A stretch of DNA of 63,471 bases, counting the filler, from Octopus bimaculoides (lineage: Eukaryota), in the NCBI RefSeq assembly GCF_001194135.2. It is 6 parts of 6 records of this genome, joined end to end, with 100 filler letters (N's around TTAATTAATTAA, not from the genome) between each part and the next. Parts side by side here need not be neighbours in the genome. Positions count along the whole stretch, not along the records: positions 4,713 to 36,221 come from NC_068981.1; positions 36,322 to 42,813 come from NC_068986.1; 4 more parts are not named here. The stretch is one strand, 5' to 3'. A model generated the notes under the pieces. The model saw nothing but the letters and a program-made list of their open reading frames with translations, was not told the DNA's origin and made no database searches. The translations under genes were made by a program, and so were the position numbers. Numbering within the stretch: the stretch's first letter is position 1; every line of letters starts with the position of its first letter. Positions 25,125 through 36,959 of the stretch are shown one piece after another.

Positions 25125-26035
25125 AAGAGCTACAATTACATACACACATGCATACATGTACATATATAGAGAGAGATAGATAGATAGATAGATAGATAGA
25201 TACATACATACATACATACATACATACATACATACATACATACATACATACATGTACATACGTGTACATAATAATCACACTCATACTCGCACTCATATCA
25301 TCACACACGTGCACACGTAGACCTATGCTTTTCACAATACCACAAATTTGAGAGGAGGATGCAGCCGATGAAATTGACCACCGTATATGACTGGTACTTT
25401 TATCTTTGTACGTGTGCAGGATGGATAAATGAATGCATGAATGCATGAAAGTATGTAAAGTATGTGTAAAGATATATATANNNNNNNNNNNNNNNNNNNN
25501 NNNNNNNNNNNNNNNNNNNNNNNNNNNNNNNNNNNNNNNNNNNNNNNNNNNNNNNNNNNNNNNNNNNNNNNNNNNNNNNNNNNNNNNNNNNNNNNNNNNN
25601 NNNNNNNNNNNNNNNNNNNNNNNNNNNNNNNNNNNNNNNNNNNNNNNNNNNNNNNNNNNNNNNNNNNNNNNNNNNNNNNNNNNNNNNNNNNNNNNNNNNN
25701 NNNNNNNNNNNNNNNNNNNNNNNNNNNNNNNNNNNNNNNNNNNNNNNNNNNNNNNNNNNNNNNNNNNNNNNNNNNNNNNNNNNNNNNNNNNNNNNNNNNN
25801 NNNNNNNNNNNNNNNNNNNNNNNNNNNNNNNNNNNNNNNNNNNNNNNNNNNNNNNNNNNNNNNNNNNNNNNNNNNNNNNNNNNNNNNNNNNNNNNNNNNN
25901 NNNNNNNNNNNNNNNNNNNNNNNNNNNNNNNNNNNNNNNNNNNNNNNNNNNNNNNNNNNNNNNNNNNNNNNNNNNNNNNNNNNNNNNNNNNNNNNNNNNN
26001 NNNNNNNNNNNNNNNNNNNNNNNNNNNNNNNNNNN

Positions 26036-26560
26036 CTGTTTACAGCAGTGCTTGGAAGGAAGGTGTGTAGCGCGTGATCATTGCATTGACCATGGCAGAG
26101 AAAGTTGAGCAAAGAATCTGCTTCAAGTTTTGGCAAAAGCTTGGCGATACCTGCTCAGAGGCCTATGTAAAGTTTTCAAAAAGGTTTCATCGTTCTCAAC
26201 ACAATCAAGGAGATCTTGTGCAGCTGAAGCCCGAGTGTCTTTTTGATCAGCTGAAAGCAGTTTTCGCACAAACTTAGCAGACACGCGTTTCATACCCAAA
26301 TCTTCAGTGATAATCGACTGAGCTGAAACTTAAGTAATCTGCACATCCTCTGATAACTCACGGATGGTGATTCGACGATTTCCCCTCGGAGCTACACGCA
26401 CATCTGTGATGTTTTTCTCAGATCTGCAGGTTGCGGGTCTCCCAGAACATTCGTCAATATCGACATTTTTTCGGCCATCCTGGAAACATCTGAACCACTC
26501 GTACAACTGTGTGCGGCTCATACACTGTCTCCAACTTTGCGTAGGCCTCTGAGCAGGTAT
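26036..26560. mobile_element. Rearranged mariner derivative (two inverted left ends)
   Basis: + strand MAEKVEQRICFKFWQKLGDTCSEAY is fused at about 26165 to minus-strand mariner HTH sequence (MSRTQLYEWFRCFQDGRKNVDIDECSGRPAT...RRITIRELSE). Same junction in 43927-44560. Confidence 0.8.
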
Positions 26561-26694
26561 CACCATGGCACCTTTATCTGTTATAGTTAATGCTACGTTC
26601 GCACACTACACACCTTCCTTCCAAACACTATATATATATATATATATTCATGTATATCTGTATGTGTGTGCATATATATATATATACATGCACA

Positions 26695-26958
26695 CATGCC
26701 CTATTTAACATTGTCCCAAAACAGATCAAAGAGGAAAAGGATCCCATCACCTTTAAACGGAACCTGGATAAATTTCTTCAAGATAAGCCACCTATACTTG
26801 GATACAACTCACTCAACAAAAACTCCCTACTCGAATGGACTATGTTACCACAAAGCTTGACTTAAAATGGATTTAGATAATCCTATCAGGTGGTGCTATT
26901 AAGTTAGACATGGCCTGGACCAATCTTTAGTCGAAACATATCTAAGTTTATCTAAGTT
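26695..26958 (+). mobile_element. L2/Crack-like LINE 3' end
   Basis: LFNIVPKQIKEEKDPITFKRNLDKFLQDKP..LGYNSLNKNSLLEW, followed by a short UTR and ATCTAAGTTT x2 tail. Confidence 0.6.
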
Positions 26959-28489
26959 TATATATATATATATCAGTTGATTTGGCAAAAGTAGCTGCTT
27001 CCTAGTTGCTGCCATTGAAAGTCTCACAAAGACCCGGTGCACTAATCTCGCACTTGTTGTAGAAAACAGAAAGATTGTCTGCGATGTTATAAATGTTTTG
27101 CTATGAATAAGTTTGTTTTGGTTTTTGTGTATGTTGGCTATATAGCCATTATCATTACCTTTGCAAGAGCTCTGTAGTTATATGTTAGGGTCTCCAACAG
27201 TAAGAGGCAGAAGTGTAGCCCATAATTTGATTGTGAATGATAAAATGGTCTTCAATAGAAATATCTTCAATGCTGTATCAGAGTAGGACAGAATGCCTTA
27301 AAGTGTTTATTCCAACCCTCTCTCCCCCAAGTTCGATTCCCGCCGAAGTCAGTTTTACCTTTCATTCATTCGGGGTCGATAAGATAAAGTACTAATCCAG
27401 AGATGCGAATTAGCGAAATTGTTAGTGTCGGTAGTTATTAGCATCTTGAGCTTTATGGTAAAAGATTTTATCTGTCACCCATTTAACACCTCCGCCTAAT
27501 TCTTAATGCCTTTACCGGAGCTCACTTTGTTACAAACATTGAAGTTAGTATCCAGTTGGAGAAAGACTGCTTCTTTCTTTCTACAACCCCAGAAGCTCTG
27601 ACAAAAGATAAGTTAAAATAAATAAAATAAAGTGTTGAAGAATTTGCTAGTTTTGCTGCCGATGAAATTTGGTTAAATGAAATGTTCATATTGATAACTG
27701 GATGTTTACCAGACCTCCAAGAGCGCTACAAATACAAAGGAATCGGAAATATATCATGCAAAAGTGCTGTGTTAAAGATAGGATAATCAAATGATATTAT
27801 ATCAGAGCTTCCCTCACACAACAAGACAATGTACCATACTGGATTTTCATGTTCGTACTAGTACGAACATATAGTGTTGATTGATTGGTAGGCAGATGTA
27901 TACATCCACTTGGTGTATAAATTGAAACACGCAGGTGCCTGTAATTAACTAGAGGCTTCCATGGAAATAGTGACAGTGGTATGCTTTGTCTCAAGAAAAG
28001 AGTGCGAAAAGATTTCAGATCCGTCCATACAGATTTTTGAATGTCGTATAATATCACTCAGACATCTATTTCTAAAAATTGTTGCAAAAATAATTACACA
28101 ATTCAAATTCTCAAAAATTAAAAGAACAACATTTTATATGCTGATAGAAAACTTTTCAAGAAGTACACTTCTCCAATCACTTTCCTTGCAACCCCAAATT
28201 TTCTGGACTAGCATACTTTAACAATTAACTGGGATTGATACTTATTAAACAAGTTTATGCAAGGTTATGTCATCTATAAATTTGAGAATGAAGCTAACAT
28301 TAGCATGAAATGTAACAGTTTAAACTCGTGTTATCACATCGCATTTTGGAAGTTGTGCTTCTGCAAAGCAAGTGCAGAAGATAGCTACAAAATAACTATT
28401 GAATAATAAGAGATAATGAAGTCCTTAAACCCAAGACACGAGTGAAAAAGTCGATTGTGCCTCATTTCTGTGGATGATACTACACGTGT

Positions 28490-28640
28490 AGGAGACGGCA
28501 ACGATCTGGCAAAATAGTTAGATAACCGATCAAAAAAATTGACCGCATTTCGTCCGTTCTTACTTCGAATTCCACCGAGGTCGACTTTTCCTTTCATCCT
28601 TTCGGGGTTGTTGAAATAAGACTCAGTTGAACACCGAGAT
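28490..28640 (+). mobile_element. SINE family B (diverged)
   Basis: gacggcaacgatctggcaaaatagttag...ttcgaattccaccgaggtcgacttttcctttcatcctttcggggttg. Confidence 0.65.
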
Positions 28641-29340
28641 GTAATCGAGAAGCTCCCACCACCACTAAAGAAAAAGAAATCAGGTCTTGTACCTTTAGTA
28701 AGAAGGATTTTACAGATGTAATCAACTGCTACCCTAATACGATAATACTAAAGAGCAATCTTAATTCATTCATATGACTGCTGAATCTCGTTAATTGCTT
28801 GCTTATACGATCTGTAACTCATGAGATCTACTTGTAGCACATGAAACAAAATTTTATTGCACGTCAACTCTTCACATTAATTATAACTTATTGCAAACAT
28901 ATCAATTTGTCACAGCTATATGTAAACAAATCTGTTGAATTAACACCCACAATGATATATATTTCAGTCCTTGTTAATTTTAGCATTTATAAATAACAAT
29001 GAAGTATAAATAACATCTTGTTATTTGTTTAATTCCATTATTGACCGACAGCCATATATTTAAATAAAATACGTCATCTTAAACCTATCGCTTTTCATTG
29101 TCAGATACGAAAAAAAATCTGTCAAATTCATAAACATAAACACTTTTTATTTATCAAATTAATTTATTTCTACTCATTTGTTTTCCATTTTATCATATTC
29201 ACTTATATTTTTATATAAATATCTACTTTGATAACTCAACACATAACATATAATCATAACTAAATACATAACTGTATATATATACTTACATAAAACAATT
29301 ATAGACCTCTCCACTTCAGTTTATATAAACAATGCAGAAC

Positions 29341-29412
<72 letters not shown>

Positions 29413-29766
29413 TTCTCATATATGTGTCTGTGTCTGTGTGTCTGTGTGTGTGCGCGTGTGTGTATGTATATATAGATAGAGATATATCGTTATAAAACAT
29501 AAAAGATGCCACTCACCATAAGCATATAACGAACTGTTACATTCATCTTTGTTCGATGCATGAACAAAACTAAAAATTCTATTTGTGCATCAAAACTGTT
29601 AGAATTAACCACATAACTTTGATGCGTCGTTTATTACCATATTTTTATTGCAGGTTTATAGTAAGAACAAAGAATTGTATATATGCATAACAATTTTATT
29701 TATTCTGTATGTATGTATGTCTGAGAACATTCGTCTGTGTGTGTTTGGGCGCATGTGTTTGTTTGT

Positions 29767-29854
<88 letters not shown>

Positions 29855-30732
29855 GTGCGCGCGTGCCGTGCTCGTAAATCAATCAGCGAGCAATAGTTAC
29901 GTGGTTCGAATAGCGTATTATATGAACCTGTTTAGTTTTTCAATCTTAAATTAATGCTGAATTGTCAAATCACCTTTCTTCCTCTATTACTCAACCGGTC
30001 GAGTAATTTTATGACATGTCATGTGTATGTGGTGTGTGTGTGTGTGTGTACATATACATTTAACCAAAATACACTCTCATTAGAAGTAATCCGAAATAAT
30101 TATTGAAAGCTTGCGGTATAACTATTGATAGACTTCAGTTTGTGAGAGAAGAAAACCACATGATACTAAACAAGTGAAGAGAGACCTTATTACTGCATAC
30201 AAAAATCTGACCTTCTCTACGGGATGCCTTATCAACCTTTAGCAGCAAGCTTTCAATGGAGATATAAATGTATTAAATTGTTTGACGTTGACAGAAATAA
30301 ATCTAATTAAAAAAAAACAACACTATTCACTTGGCGAAAACTTACCGATTGGTTGTATACCAGAGATTAATGTATGAAATATACACGACCTGTTTGAGCA
30401 TAGTCTTCCAGGATCATTGTGATAACAACTGTATCATCACAGTTGAACCATCTCCTAGGACGAAAGAGGGAGTCTTGAGTAACTTCTAATTAGAAAACTG
30501 TGAGGCCGGGCATTTTATGTTTTACTTACAGATGGTGGCCCCCATGATGAGATGTAATCAACTTCTACCCCCAAAATGTCATTAAGGTACTATATTCTAC
30601 GACAATAGCCCTGGAACTTTTATAGGTTAAAAAGCCTCTAGCATCCAAGTAGAGGAAACAGAATCGAATGCTTTCTTCTACACCTGCTACACTGTAACTG
30701 AGTTTCTCATGAGCCGCCGCACATCTGGCATC

Positions 30733-31120
30733 CAGGGCCGGATTGAGGCCCATACAGACCCTGAGCACGGTAAAGGTTTTGGTGCCCCCATATATATATA
30801 TAATTAAAAATAAGCAATAATAAACCATAACACAATTTTTTTATTTTTCAAAATGAAACAAAACTAACAGTAAGATGGAAATTAATGTTTATTTTTGTAC
30901 ACCTCCATTTTATTTGCATCTGAAAATTCTCCACTTTATTTATATTTGCAAAATTTTCTCCTCTTTCTTTTTTTAATAGCAATGTCTTTGGTCAGATCCT
31001 CGCTATGACACCATGGACACTTCGAAATTATATTTCCGATCATATAAACCACTTCAAATATTATTTTAACAAGTTTAAAATGATTTCTTTTGTGTCGTAA
31101 ACCATTTACCATTTCTGGGG
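30733..31120 (+). mobile_element. hAT-like non-autonomous element, interrupted by a SINE-A at ~31140-31290
   Basis: Starts CAGGGCCGGATT; internal ttccgatcatataaaccacttc...gtaaaccatttaccatttctg is shared with 33006-33240. Confidence 0.6.
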
Positions 31121-32001
31121 TACATGCACACACATATGTATACAAAAGAAGCTTCTACACAGTTTCTGGATCAAATTCACTCACAAGGCACTGGTCGGCC
31201 AGGGGCTATAGTAGAAGACACTTCTCCAAGGTGCCACAGGTTGAACCTGAAACCACGAGGCTGCAAAGCGAATTTCTTAGCCACACAATCCTTGGGTAGA
31301 AATGTTATTTATCAGTGCCGAGTCCATTTTGTTTTGTTTTGTTTTTCTTTCCAGCAATAGGATTGTTTCTATCTTTTTGTTTTCTTGGTGGATAGAAAAA
31401 ATGTAGCCAAAGTTCAATGTAAAAAGCATAGGAGAAAAATAAAAATTAAGTTAAAATTAATTCTGCATTGTATTTATGTAAACAAACTTGTTACTGGATT
31501 AACTTTACCGTGTGAAAGAAATGCTTTGGTTCATCTAGCTAATGGGAAGAGTTGTTTGAGAATATTACGGGCGTTTGACTGACGACCTAGGAAGGAGTAA
31601 CTTTATCTCTTATGTGATTTATATGAAAGGGAAGCAAAGCAAAGGTTCTGTGGGAGTTCTATCAACAGTACTTTGGATATATATATATATATATATATAN
31701 NNNNNNNNNNNNNNNNNNNNNNNNNNNNNNNNNNNNNNNNNNNNNNNNNNNNNNNNNNNNNNNNNNNNNNNNNNNNNNNNNNNNNNNNNNNNNNNNNNNN
31801 NNNNNNNNNNNNNNNNNNNNNNNNNNNNNNNNNNNNNNNNNNNNNNNNNNNNNNNNNNNNNNNNNNNNNNNNNNNNNNNNNNNNNNNNNNNNNNNNNNNN
31901 NNNNNNNNNNNNNNNNNNNNNNNNNNNNNNNNNNNNNNNNNNNNNNNNNNNNNNNNNNNNNNNNNNNNNNNNNNNNNNNNNNNNNNNNNNNNNNNNNNNN
32001 N

Positions 32002-32069
<68 letters not shown>

Positions 32070-33005
32070 CCTATATATATACTGAGAGAAGGAGAAGAGC
32101 ATTCAAAAGGGGTGACAATCTGGGAAGAAGAAAAGACTATTAAAAGCAGTTATTGAGTGCTTTGGAAGGTCACACATTACGTATGTGTCTGTGTGCATTT
32201 GTGTGTGTGTGTGTGTGTGTGTGTATGCGTGTGTGTGTGCATGTGTACTATGTATGCAACTATATATCTAAGGCGGTGAATTTGTACTGCCATTATTAGA
32301 GTGACAACTCTTTGCAATCTGAGTTAAAATCCCACTGAAGCCATCTTTGTTAGTCATACTTTCGGGATCGATAAATAAAATAGCAATCCAATACAGTAGT
32401 CGATTCTTCTACATCGGTCTTTTTCTAGAAGAAATCGGTTGGGATCAGACCTGGAGAGAGTTGCACTCTGCTGCATATCGTGACAGTGCCTTTACAGAAT
32501 CCATTAGATGCTGAGGCTCAATGGCATGTTATGTTCGCGCTTGTCTGATTGTTTTTTGGGTTTTTTTTAGCATGCTACAGAAGAGGTAATTCCATGGCCC
32601 AGGCCTGCCCACGGAGACTAGTGAGATTTAGGCCGTTCATTTTCCATTTAAAATTGCATGCGTACGGCTTCAAGCCATGAGTAGAGAGTTGGGAATTATG
32701 GACGACCGATTCGCTGGGTACGAAAGACAGGGTATAAATTTCATGGCCTTCGACGGTGTGGATACAATGTAGGTAATGAGAAAGGAAAGGTGAAAGGGAT
32801 TGCCTAATTGGAGGTTGACGGAAGACCCTCGACTTTAGGAGCAAAGGCTGTTGTACTAGGAGCGGAAAAGACAGTGAGAGAAGAAAACACGACTGTGGAA
32901 CAGAGGTTAATGTGTGTCTGTGAATGACATTTTACCCAGTAGTCAAGTGTGGACTAGGATGTCATTGTGCGCGGCAGTAACAGATTCCCAGTTGTGGGTC
33001 AGTAC

Positions 33006-33240
33006 CAGGGTTGGTTTAAGACCCATACCGGCCCTGCTCGTATATATGCAATTCAAAATATAAACAATAACAAACCATGAAAAACATTTTTCCGATCATA
33101 CAAACCACTTCGAGTATTATTTTAACAAGTTTAAAGAGATTTATTTTGTGCCGTAAACCATTTACCATTTCTGTGGTGACCCCACAGCCCTTGATGCCCT
33201 AAACACGTGCTTATTTTGTTTAATGGCTAATCCAGCGCTG
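33006..33240 (+). mobile_element. hAT-type MITE (235 bp)
   Basis: Ends CAGGGTTGGTTTAAG / CAGCGCTGGATTAG (reverse complement); 8-bp flanks gtcagtac/gacagtat (6/8). Confidence 0.7.
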
Positions 33241-33895
33241 GACAGTATTCTGATGTAGGTCTCACCTTAGCTTTTTAGAGGGCAATTACAAAGAGATGAA
33301 AGTATTTTGTAACTCTGAAGAAAAGGGGCGACCTTTGAGATGCACTCTTAACTACGTCGAGAATGTGATGTTGTAATGAGAAGGGTTTTGAGATAACACG
33401 ATAAATAAAGTAAATTCACTTGATAACAGTAACAGCAACAACAGATCCAGTCTATGGACATCACATAAAACTGTAGCAACACCAACAACAACCGCAGTAA
33501 CAAACAGACCGACAGACAGAAACAATATAGGGACATGATGTGACATAGTAATAGCAATAACAGTAACAACATATATATATATATATANNNNNNNNNNNNN
33601 NNNNNNNNNNNNNNNNNNNNNNNNNNNNNTATATATACATACATATGCGTTGAAACATCACATGATACAGTAACAACAACAGAGAGACGGATATGTACAT
33701 TCAGTAGAGATCACATGGCATAGTAAGAACGAAAACGACAGATACAGTCTAGAGACATCACATGTCACAGTAGTAACAACAACAACAGCAATAATAACAA
33801 CTGATGAATCTAGAGACCACGTGACACAATAACAACCACATTAACATCGATAGATACAGTCTAGAGACATCATATGACGCAGTCACAAAAACACC

Positions 33896-33927
<32 letters not shown>

Positions 33928-34359
33928 CAACAACAACAGACAGTAACAAATACGGCAGCAATTGATTTTCTCTTGTCAAGTGTTTTCATTATATTTGCTT
34001 AAGGTATGTTTGTTCTTAATATGTTGTTGATGTCATCTGTATTAATGATGTGAGCGGTCGTAGTCATGGTATTTCTGGCGTATAGTGGAGTTGTGAATAG
34101 GTGTATTTTGTTGTTGCGCTTGTCACGGTGAAGGTGCTATTGACAGCAGTGGCTATGTTGGTGGGGATGGTATCTTTTGTTGCTATTGCTGGTTTATTAA
34201 ACTTACCTTCATATGTTGTATATATTCTTTTATTCTATTTTTTGTTTGTTTGTTTGTTTCAGTCATTTAACTGCGGCCGTGCTAGAGCACCATCTTTAGT
34301 TGAACAAATCGACCTTATGATTTATTCTTTGTAAGCCTAGTACTTACTTATTCTATCGG

Positions 34360-34391
<32 letters not shown>

Positions 34392-34607
34392 TATANNNNN
34401 NNNNNNNNNNNNNNNNNNNNNNNNNNNNNNNNNNNNNNNNNNNNNNNNNNNNNNNNNNNNNNNNNNNNNNNNNNNNNNNNNNNNNNNNNNNNNNNNNNNN
34501 NNNNNNNNNNNNNNNNNNNNNNNNNNNNNNNNNNNNNNNNNNNNNNNNNNNNNNNNNNNNNNNNNNNNNNNNNNNNNNNNNNNNNNNNNNNNNNNNNNNN
34601 NNNNNNN

Positions 34608-34639
<32 letters not shown>

Positions 34640-34641
<2 letters not shown>

Positions 34642-34828
34642 GGAGAATTTACGGAAAAACAACAGACGAAGACAGGTGGTGTAAACAACAAATGGATGTA
34701 TTAGTTTAACGCTTGGGAATAGAGAAAGTCTTTGACGTTTCGAGCTACGCTCTTCAACTGAAAGCAACACAGAAAGAAATAAGGAGAGAAACAAGGAGAA
34801 AAAAAATATAAATGTAGTGGTCAGCGGT
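34640..34828 (-). mobile_element. Penelope-like 3' repeat with minimal hammerhead-like motif
   Basis: Minus strand CTTT-CAGTTGA-A-GAGCgtaGCTC-GAAAC-GTC-AAAG at 34731-34765. Penelope origin is inferred from this motif. Confidence 0.45.
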
Positions 34829-35015
34829 CCCCACACCATCGCTTGGTAACCGATGTTGGTGTATTTACGTCCCCGTAACATAGCGGTTCGGCATAACAGA
34901 CCGATAGAATAAGTACTAGGCTTACAAAGAATAAGTCCTAGTGTCGATTTGTTCGGCAAAAGGCGGTGCTCCAGCATGGCCGCAGTCAAATGACTGAAAC
35001 AAATAAAAGAATAAA
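34829..35015 (+). mobile_element. SINE family A, 3' half
   Basis: ccccacaccatcgcttggtaaccgatgttgg...ggcggtgctccagcatggccgcagtcaaatgactgaaacaaataaaag. Confidence 0.85.
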
Positions 35016-35867
35016 AGAATACATATAACGTTTGAAGGTAGGTTTAATAAACCACCAATAGCAACAAAAGATACCATTACCACCATCATAACCACTGCTG
35101 TCAATATATATAAAATTAAACAGAGAGATACAATTGACAATCTAAATATTATTTATTTATTTATGATATAACATAATATAAGATAACATAAACAATTATA
35201 AAAACATTAAAATGCCAACAATTTATTTCGACTTATATACATTTTTTGATATATAAACAATTCCCTTATATATAAGTCTCATCAGAGGCAGAGTTTAAAG
35301 ATAGACGAAATTCCGTGTGAAAGGACAGCTGCATTGTAGAAAATTAATTGAAATGCCTATGTATTATGAGCGTGAGTGTTAACTATTCAATTACATATTA
35401 ATTAGAATAAAAAAACAACAAAAAAATTTTAGCGGACAAAATATTTAGGTAAGTGTAATCTACAACTACCGAAATATATTTCTATATATCTCGAAAAATA
35501 TTAATCCAAACTCGTTTATGTCTAAGAGAATCTTTCGCTATTATAACATACCATAATGATATATATGTGTATATAATCAGGGTCTTGCTCTATCTAGAAC
35601 TGTAATAAAACGTGTAAAAAATATATAAATGATAATTATAACTTTAATATATAACAACTCCTCTATTTATTTAAAGCTATAGATATAAAAAAATTGTTTA
35701 AAGTAACTGATAGGAATGTTCTATAATTATTATTTATCGGAGGGATAATTCCGTGATAAATATGAATAGAAACCTAATAAAAAAATTTTCTTTGTTTACT
35801 TAATTTAACGTAGGGAGAATTCCGTAATAAATATGAAGATAAACTTAAGGCTATAAACACTATAATA

Positions 35868-36221
35868 ATGATGAAAGAGGCAGTGGTACACGAAGTAAGA
35901 AAGGAGGAAGAAGAAAGGCGGAATGTACATTTGGTGCAATGCAGTCAACAGGGGCAGTGCCTGAGATGGGAGGAAAACGTGGTCAGTCGCAGAATCTCAT
36001 GGAAGGAACTTTGGGCTTGGGAACAAGCAAGAACAGCCTTCCTGATCAAGTCTACCTTCGACGTTCTACCCTCACCGGCGAACTTAGTTCGATGGAACAT
36101 AAAAACAACCGATGAATGTGGATGCGGGGAGAAAGCGACGGTGAGACACGTTCTGTCAAACTGCAGACTAGCACTGGAAAGGTATACATGGCGCCATAAT
36201 CAAGTCCTTGGCGTCATAAGT
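35868..36221 (+). mobile_element. HERO-like (RLE-clade) non-LTR retrotransposon ORF fragment
   Basis: EVRKEEEERR..LVQCSQQGQCLRWE...ISWKELW...FLIKSTFDVLPSPANLVRW...CGCGEKATVRHVLSNC...ERYTWRHNQVL: CCHC knuckle plus RH motif upstream of a restriction-like endonuclease. Open frame, cut by a linker gap. Confidence 0.8.
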
Positions 36222-36321
36222 NNNNNNNNNNNNNNNNNNNNNNNNNNNNNNNNNNNNNNNNNNNNTTAATTAATTAANNNNNNNNNNNNNNNNNNNNNNN
36301 NNNNNNNNNNNNNNNNNNNNN

Positions 36322-36362
<41 letters not shown>

Positions 36363-36364
<2 letters not shown>

Positions 36365-36512
36365 CAGGTTTCTTTCAGATTCCGGCTATGAAATCCACCG
36401 ACAAGAGACATTGATAGAAGACACTTACCCAAGGTGCCACGCAGTGGGGCTAAACCTGGAACCTTATGGTTGGTTAAACAAGCTACTTACCACACAGCCA
36501 CTCCTGCGCCTA
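36363..36512 (-). mobile_element. SINE family A 5' part
   Basis: Reverse complement ataggcgcaggagtggctgtgtggtaagtagcttgtttaaccaacc...ggtttagccccactgcgtggcaccttgggtaagtgtcttcta. Confidence 0.8.
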
Positions 36513-36612
36513 TTTTGTTTAGTAGTTACTTTCTCTCTTTACACATTACGTTTTTTAACTTGGGAAAAATAACTTTGTAAGTTATGTTCTTTGAAAATTA
36601 CCGGGAAATTAA

Positions 36613-36625
36613 GCGGAAGTGACGT
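36613..36625 (+). promoter_or_regulatory. Overlapping ETS-CRE motif GCGGAAGTGACGT, candidate caspase promoter
   Basis: Matches the first 13 of 15 nt of the (G/C)CGGAAGTGACGTCA composite known from vertebrate promoters; lies 275 bp upstream of the ATG at 36900. Confidence 0.5.
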
Positions 36626-36959
36626 ATCGTTACAGAACCTCGTTCTCTTGTACTGAAGTCGTCGATCTTCGTATCTTACATTACTTTTACTTTATTTATC
36701 ATTAAGCCGTATAGTGAATAATATATATATATTCTCTTATGCTGTGAATATCCATATTACCTTGAAATAAGTGAAGGAGTCTGTTTACCCGCTGTTTCTG
36801 TGCAGAACAAAGGGAAAAACCAGCGATATTTTTATTAATTTTCCGCGCGGTTTATTGTTCTGACTCGTTTCTACTTCTTCATACACGTTCAGGTCAACCA
36901 TGGACTACAACATATTTTTTAAATAGAGAAACCCCGATTCACAACCTGAAGATGTTGAA

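Noticed and set aside
27700-28220. Possible exons or decayed transposase
   Set aside because: No recognisable motif in any frame.
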